Origin: Coleofasciculus sp. B1-GNL1-01
GTDB taxonomy: Bacteria > Cyanobacteriota > Cyanobacteriia > Cyanobacteriales > Coleofasciculaceae
Assembly: GCA_040220235.1 (NCBI GenBank)
Contig: JAVJTO010000083.1
DNA: 53,074 nucleotides
Strand: one strand, 5' to 3'
The translations under genes and the position numbers were made by a program. Below the pieces are notes generated by a model, which was given only the letters and a program-made list of their open reading frames with translations, did not search any database and was not told the DNA's origin. Positions 49,007 to 53,074 of this stretch are shown one piece after another. Numbering within the stretch: the stretch's first letter is position 1; each line of letters starts with the position of its first letter.

Positions 49007-50017
49007 TCATGGAAGGCTCTCACGAAAAACCGCTGATTGAGAATCCATCTCTATTTGCATAGACGAACTCATCCGCATCAGCTTTTCTTGCTCACTTTCC
49101 GGTTCTGTAACCAGAAACTCCATGTTAGAAAGTGTAGACATCATTCCCTGAAGCGGCATGATTTGATCAAACCCAATGGTCATTGTGCCCGCGCTTTGCA
49201 TCGCAAAAGACTGAATCTTAAAATTCACACCGGGAGGCGTTCCGGGAAGATTCATTTGGCTCGATTCTTGAGATTGCTGTTGCATACTCATTTTCAGCGT
49301 CACCTGATCTTCCTTAATATCTTCCACCTCATATAAGACTTGAACCTGATCCAATGGCAACCCGGAAACAGGTACAGCGCTAGAGACTTGCCAGGTTGCG
49401 CCCACTCCTACGGCTTCTTGGGGAAACGGTGCGGCTGATAATTGCTCTAAGGAACTCAACATTTGCTGTAAAAGTTGTTGGAGGTTGGGATCAAGATCCG
49501 CCGGTAACGATACGTCCACATCTTTGGTGATTCCCTGCTGATTAATCACAAACTCAATGGTTACATCTTGGAGTTGTTGCAGTTGCGATCGCAGGTTTTG
49601 AATCAGTTCCGGCGGCGCGGTTGTATCCGAGACTACATCCACATCCGTGTAAGTCACTTTAATATGAGCATCTCCATTCGCCTCAACCTGAGTCACCTCT
49701 GACTCAACAATCATCTGCATAGCAGGCATATTGACATCAGGCATAACCTGACCATCCACCGCCCCTGTCATGTCCATATTCATCGTCAGGACTGTGGTTT
49801 GCTTGGTGTTGGCGGCGGGTTGAAGCCGCAAAATTTGCCGAGGTTGAGCGCCTGGATCAAGTAAGACTATGGTTGATTTCGCTTCAGTCGCACTTTCGGC
49901 TGAGTCAGGAATGGTTTCAATCAAGGGTGTTTGAGCATTGACAGAGGGAGAAGGCGGCGTTACTCCCCATCCAGTAATCAGTAAGAAGGCAGCACTTAGG
50001 AGGAATGGTTTCTTCAT
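49007..50017 (-). CDS. Secreted beta-rich protein (DUF6263-like)
   Basis: Signal peptide; LLDPGAQPRQILR and PFPQEAVGVGATW motifs. Confidence 0.7.
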   Translation of the reverse strand: MKKPFLLSAAFLLITGWGVTPPSPSVNAQTPLIETIPDSAESATEAKSTIVLLDPGAQPRQILRLQPAANTKQTTVLTMNMDMTGAVDGQVMPDVNMPAMQMIVESEVTQVEANGDAHIKVTYTDVDVVSDTTAPPELIQNLRSQLQQLQDVTIEFVINQQGITKDVDVSLPADLDPNLQQLLQQMLSSLEQLSAAPFPQEAVGVGATWQVSSAVPVSGLPLDQVQVLYEVEDIKEDQVTLKMSMQQQSQESSQMNLPGTPPGVNFKIQSFAMQSAGTMTIGFDQIMPLQGMMSTLSNMEFLVTEPESEQEKLMRMSSSMQIEMDSQSAVFRESLP

Positions 50018-50279
50018 CAGGTTATTGGAGATTCAGATACTGAATTCAATCTAGCTCACTTACAAGGGAGAGTGAGCGTTAATTGCCTGCATTCAACCTT
50101 AAACACTCAAAACTCTCTCATGGAGTTGGGGCGGGTTTAGTTGCATCCGGGTGAGGGAAGAAACGATAATAGTGAAACCCGCCCCTACAAATTCTGCAAA
50201 ACTAAAATTATTACTGTTGCCCGTTGCCTGTTGCCTGTTGCCTTGCCCTCATGTTTAACTTTAATGAAAGTCCGACTCC

Positions 50280-51311
50280 TTAAAACTTAGGTTGTTTGCG
50301 TAATAACTCGCCAATGGTGAGATTGAACTCAGATTGTCCATCAAAAACGGTTCCGGTTTTACTGTTATAAAATTTCACCTCAATTAAATGATAGCCATCG
50401 TCTGGTAAGGGGACATAACCGACAGAACGAACCACCTCTGGCGCTTGCTCTAAATAAAACTCAACGAATTTTCTCAAGGCTGGATTCTTTTGCGTTTTGT
50501 CCGCATTAATATAGATAAATAAGGGGCGGGAAAGGGGTTGATATTCAGCCTGTTCTACCGTTTTCGGAGACGGAAGCACTGGCTCATTCCCATCTTCTAC
50601 TGCTACAGCTTTCAAGTCATCTTTATTGGTTTCGTAGTAGGCTAAACCAAAGTACCCTAAAGCATTGGGATTTTGACTCACCGCCTGCTGGAGAATGTCG
50701 TCATCTTCACTAGCCGTATAGTCGCTGCGACTCGCTCCCGCTTTGCCAACAATCGCTTCTGTAAAATAATCAAACGTACCAGAATCAGTGCCAGGACCAT
50801 AGAGATTCAGAGGGCGGTTGGGCCACGATTGGCGCACCTGATTCCAGTTGGTGATTTTTCGTTGCGCCGCTGGTTCCCACATCGTTTTCAACTCTTGCAC
50901 AGTGATGCTATCAGCCCAATCATTTTCCGGATTAACGACTACCGTAATCGCATCAAAGCCAACGGGTAATTCAATATAAGGAACTCCCGCTTGTTTACAG
51001 GCTTCCATTTCCTGCGTGTTTATGGGGCGTGAAGCATTGTTAATGTCAGTTTCCCCAGCGCAAAACTTTCCAAATCCGCCCCCTGTCCCCGAAAAGCCCA
51101 CGGAAACGTCTACGGGAGTCTCAGTGGTGTTGTTAAACTCTTGAACAACGGCTTGGGTAATCGGGTAAACCGTACTCGAACCATCAATGTTGATCGGTTG
51201 CGGTTGTTGAGACTGAACATTTGATGTACAGGAGTTCAATCCGACAGCAAAGCTAAGTGCGATCGCAACTGTACTGAGCCGGAAAACCAATTGCTGGGGT
51301 GTTGTGTTCAT
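50280..51311 (-). CDS. pstS: PstS-family phosphate-binding lipoprotein
   Basis: [45 protein letters not shown]. Confidence 0.9.
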   Translation of the reverse strand: MNTTPQQLVFRLSTVAIALSFAVGLNSCTSNVQSQQPQPINIDGSSTVYPITQAVVQEFNNTTETPVDVSVGFSGTGGGFGKFCAGETDINNASRPINTQEMEACKQAGVPYIELPVGFDAITVVVNPENDWADSITVQELKTMWEPAAQRKITNWNQVRQSWPNRPLNLYGPGTDSGTFDYFTEAIVGKAGASRSDYTASEDDDILQQAVSQNPNALGYFGLAYYETNKDDLKAVAVEDGNEPVLPSPKTVEQAEYQPLSRPLFIYINADKTQKNPALRKFVEFYLEQAPEVVRSVGYVPLPDDGYHLIEVKFYNSKTGTVFDGQSEFNLTIGELLRKQPKF

Positions 51312-51395
51312 ATCAAATCAAAGCCCCCATTGTTTGAACACAGGATACAGTTCAATCATGTCAGTATTAGTTTAAGCAGAATTTATCGAGAGCTT

Positions 51396-52670
51396 ATGGC
51401 GGATTCTAGAATCCTTTACCTGGGGATCGATTTCGGTACGTCTGGCGCACGAGCGATTGTGATTGACGCCACAGGTGCAGTTCAAGCCGAAGCGCAATGT
51501 GGGTTTGCGGCGACGCCTCTGGCTGAATTAACAGCAATTTGGCAAAACACTCTGTATCGGCTCATTGAACAAATTCCGGCATCGATTCGACAGGATATTA
51601 CTCGTATCGCCATTGATGGGACATCGGCAACTGTACTACTATGCGATCGCCAAGGGACTCCAATCACCGAGCCACTTCTTTATAATGATGGGCGAGGGAT
51701 AGAGGTGATGGAACAATTAAAGCAGATTGCTCCGGCTAATTCCGTGGTTCTCAGTGCTACCTCGAGTCTGGCTAAACTCTTGTGGTTAACTCACCATACA
51801 CCAGGCACTCTGGAAAATTATTACTTCCTCCATCAAGCCGACTGGTTAGCCTTTTTATTACACGGTAAGCTCGGAGTTAGCGACTATCACAATGCCTTAA
51901 AGCTGGGATACGACCCAGAAAACCTAGAGTATCCCACTTGGATGAAACAACTTCCACTCACACCAATATTACCCCAAGTCCTGGCTCCGGGAACACCAGT
52001 CGGTGAAGTCACTCCAGAAATTGCCTCCCGGTTAGGATTACACCCAGACTGTCAGGTTTGTACGGGTACAACGGATAGTATTGCTGCATTTCTCGCCAGT
52101 GGTGCCAAGCATCCCGGTGAAGCAGTAACCTCTCTGGGTTCTACATTAGTCTTGAAGCTATTGAGTCATACCCGCCTCGAGGATGCGAGTTACGGAATTT
52201 ATTCTCACCGACTGGGAAACTTATGGTTAACCGGAGGTGCATCGAATACCGGAGGTGCTGTACTGCGACAATTTTTCAGTGACAGAGAACTTGAAGAACT
52301 TAGCCATCAAATCAACCCTGAACAGGAAAGTCCCCTAGATTATTATCCATTATTAAAAAGAGGCGATCGCTTTCCCATCAATGACCCTGATCTGTCTCCC
52401 AAATTAGAACCTCAACCTGCCAACCCTGTCGAATTTCTCCACGGTTTACTCGAAAGCATTGCCCGTATTGAAGCACGAGGCTATCAACTATTACAACAAC
52501 TCGGTGCGACTCCCCTCACCTGTGTCTATACGGCGGGAGGAGGCGCTAAAAATACGACATGGACAGGGATTCGCGAACGTCAGCTTCAGGTTGCCATTCA
52601 ACCCCCCAGACATATAGAAGCAGCTTACGGTACAGCATTATTTGTCAGGAACCCCATAAAAGATAGCTAG
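51396..52670 (+). CDS. FGGY carbohydrate kinase (xylulose/ribulose kinase-like)
   Basis: [40 protein letters not shown] at 51396. Confidence 0.92.
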   Translation: MADSRILYLGIDFGTSGARAIVIDATGAVQAEAQCGFAATPLAELTAIWQNTLYRLIEQIPASIRQDITRIAIDGTSATVLLCDRQGTPITEPLLYNDGRGIEVMEQLKQIAPANSVVLSATSSLAKLLWLTHHTPGTLENYYFLHQADWLAFLLHGKLGVSDYHNALKLGYDPENLEYPTWMKQLPLTPILPQVLAPGTPVGEVTPEIASRLGLHPDCQVCTGTTDSIAAFLASGAKHPGEAVTSLGSTLVLKLLSHTRLEDASYGIYSHRLGNLWLTGGASNTGGAVLRQFFSDRELEELSHQINPEQESPLDYYPLLKRGDRFPINDPDLSPKLEPQPANPVEFLHGLLESIARIEARGYQLLQQLGATPLTCVYTAGGGAKNTTWTGIRERQLQVAIQPPRHIEAAYGTALFVRNPIKDS

Positions 52671-52796
52671 GGAAGCAGGGGGAGCAGGGGGAGCAGGGGA
52701 AGCAGGGGGAGCAGGGGGAGCAGGGGAAGCAGAGGGAGCAGGGGGAGCAGGGGGAGATATTAGCTGCTGGCGTTATTTCTACCGTCTTGCACTAGG
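52670..52796. repeat. (GGGGGAGCA)n 9-bp tandem repeats ending in a CTTGCACTAGG MITE terminus
   Basis: About 9 copies followed by GAGATATTAGCTG...TTATTTCTACCGTCTTGCACTAGG, matching 9155-9197. Confidence 0.8.
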
Positions 52797-52859
52797 GGTA
52801 AGCAACTGTAACCAAATACTTGCCCAAAGCTACCCATATTTTGACTTTTTGGGTAAGTT

Positions 52860-53006
52860 TTAATGTCGCGCCATCCGTTCTATTACGTCGCTAAGGCTAT
52901 TAGCGCCCAACTCCAGTCGTTTTATCTTTAACCATTTGATAGCTGTTTCGGTCAATGTCATCGTAAACCTGCGTTTTGGCTCATCGTAAATTTTCTTTCC
53001 AGACAT
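52860..53006 (-). CDS. Small ribbon-helix-helix (CopG-like) protein, 48 aa
   Basis: Hand translation MSGKKIYDEPKRRFTMTLTETAIKWLKIKRLELGANSLSDVIERMARH*; alternating beta strand, helix, G turn, S.SDVIE helix. Confidence 0.7.
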   Translation of the reverse strand: MSGKKIYDEPKRRFTMTLTETAIKWLKIKRLELGANSLSDVIERMARH

Positions 53007-53074
53007 CCTGATTGGCCTTAAAACTCATGTATGATATGAGTCTAGCAGTCATTGAGCAGGTCGAGTCAATGCTT

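Noticed and set aside
51312..51395. Pho box upstream of pstS
   Set aside because: Only one CTTAAACT half-site on the minus strand; the cyanobacterial Pho box needs tandem repeats.

Overview
Chromosomal window from a filamentous cyanobacterium: it has abundant HIP1 GCGATCGC sites, STRR/REP-type repeats and Oscillatoriales/Coleofasciculus-like gene content. Main points: (1) a class II ribonucleotide reductase gene nrdJ (9631-17985, minus strand) split into three exons by two full-length group II introns, each encoding an RT-maturase-HNH protein, with a LAGLIDADG-type intein inserted just before the thiyl-radical Cys; (2) a short LeuA-like gene cut inside its HCH metal motif by a 451-bp IS200/IS605-derived element with intact ends, no transposase and a hairpin-rich interior; (3) three tandem PEP-CTERM genes, each preceded by an 11-bp-period repeat; (4) two DUF928 genes divergent from an output-less CHASE2 gene that leads into an orphan contractile-injection-system tube module; (5) a P-loop ATPase plus STAND/TPR/14xWD40 NLR-like pair; (6) a truncated hsdR, MITEs and routine metabolic and stress genes. 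I saw no rRNA, tRNA or CRISPR array. All family assignments come from reading motifs, not from database searches.
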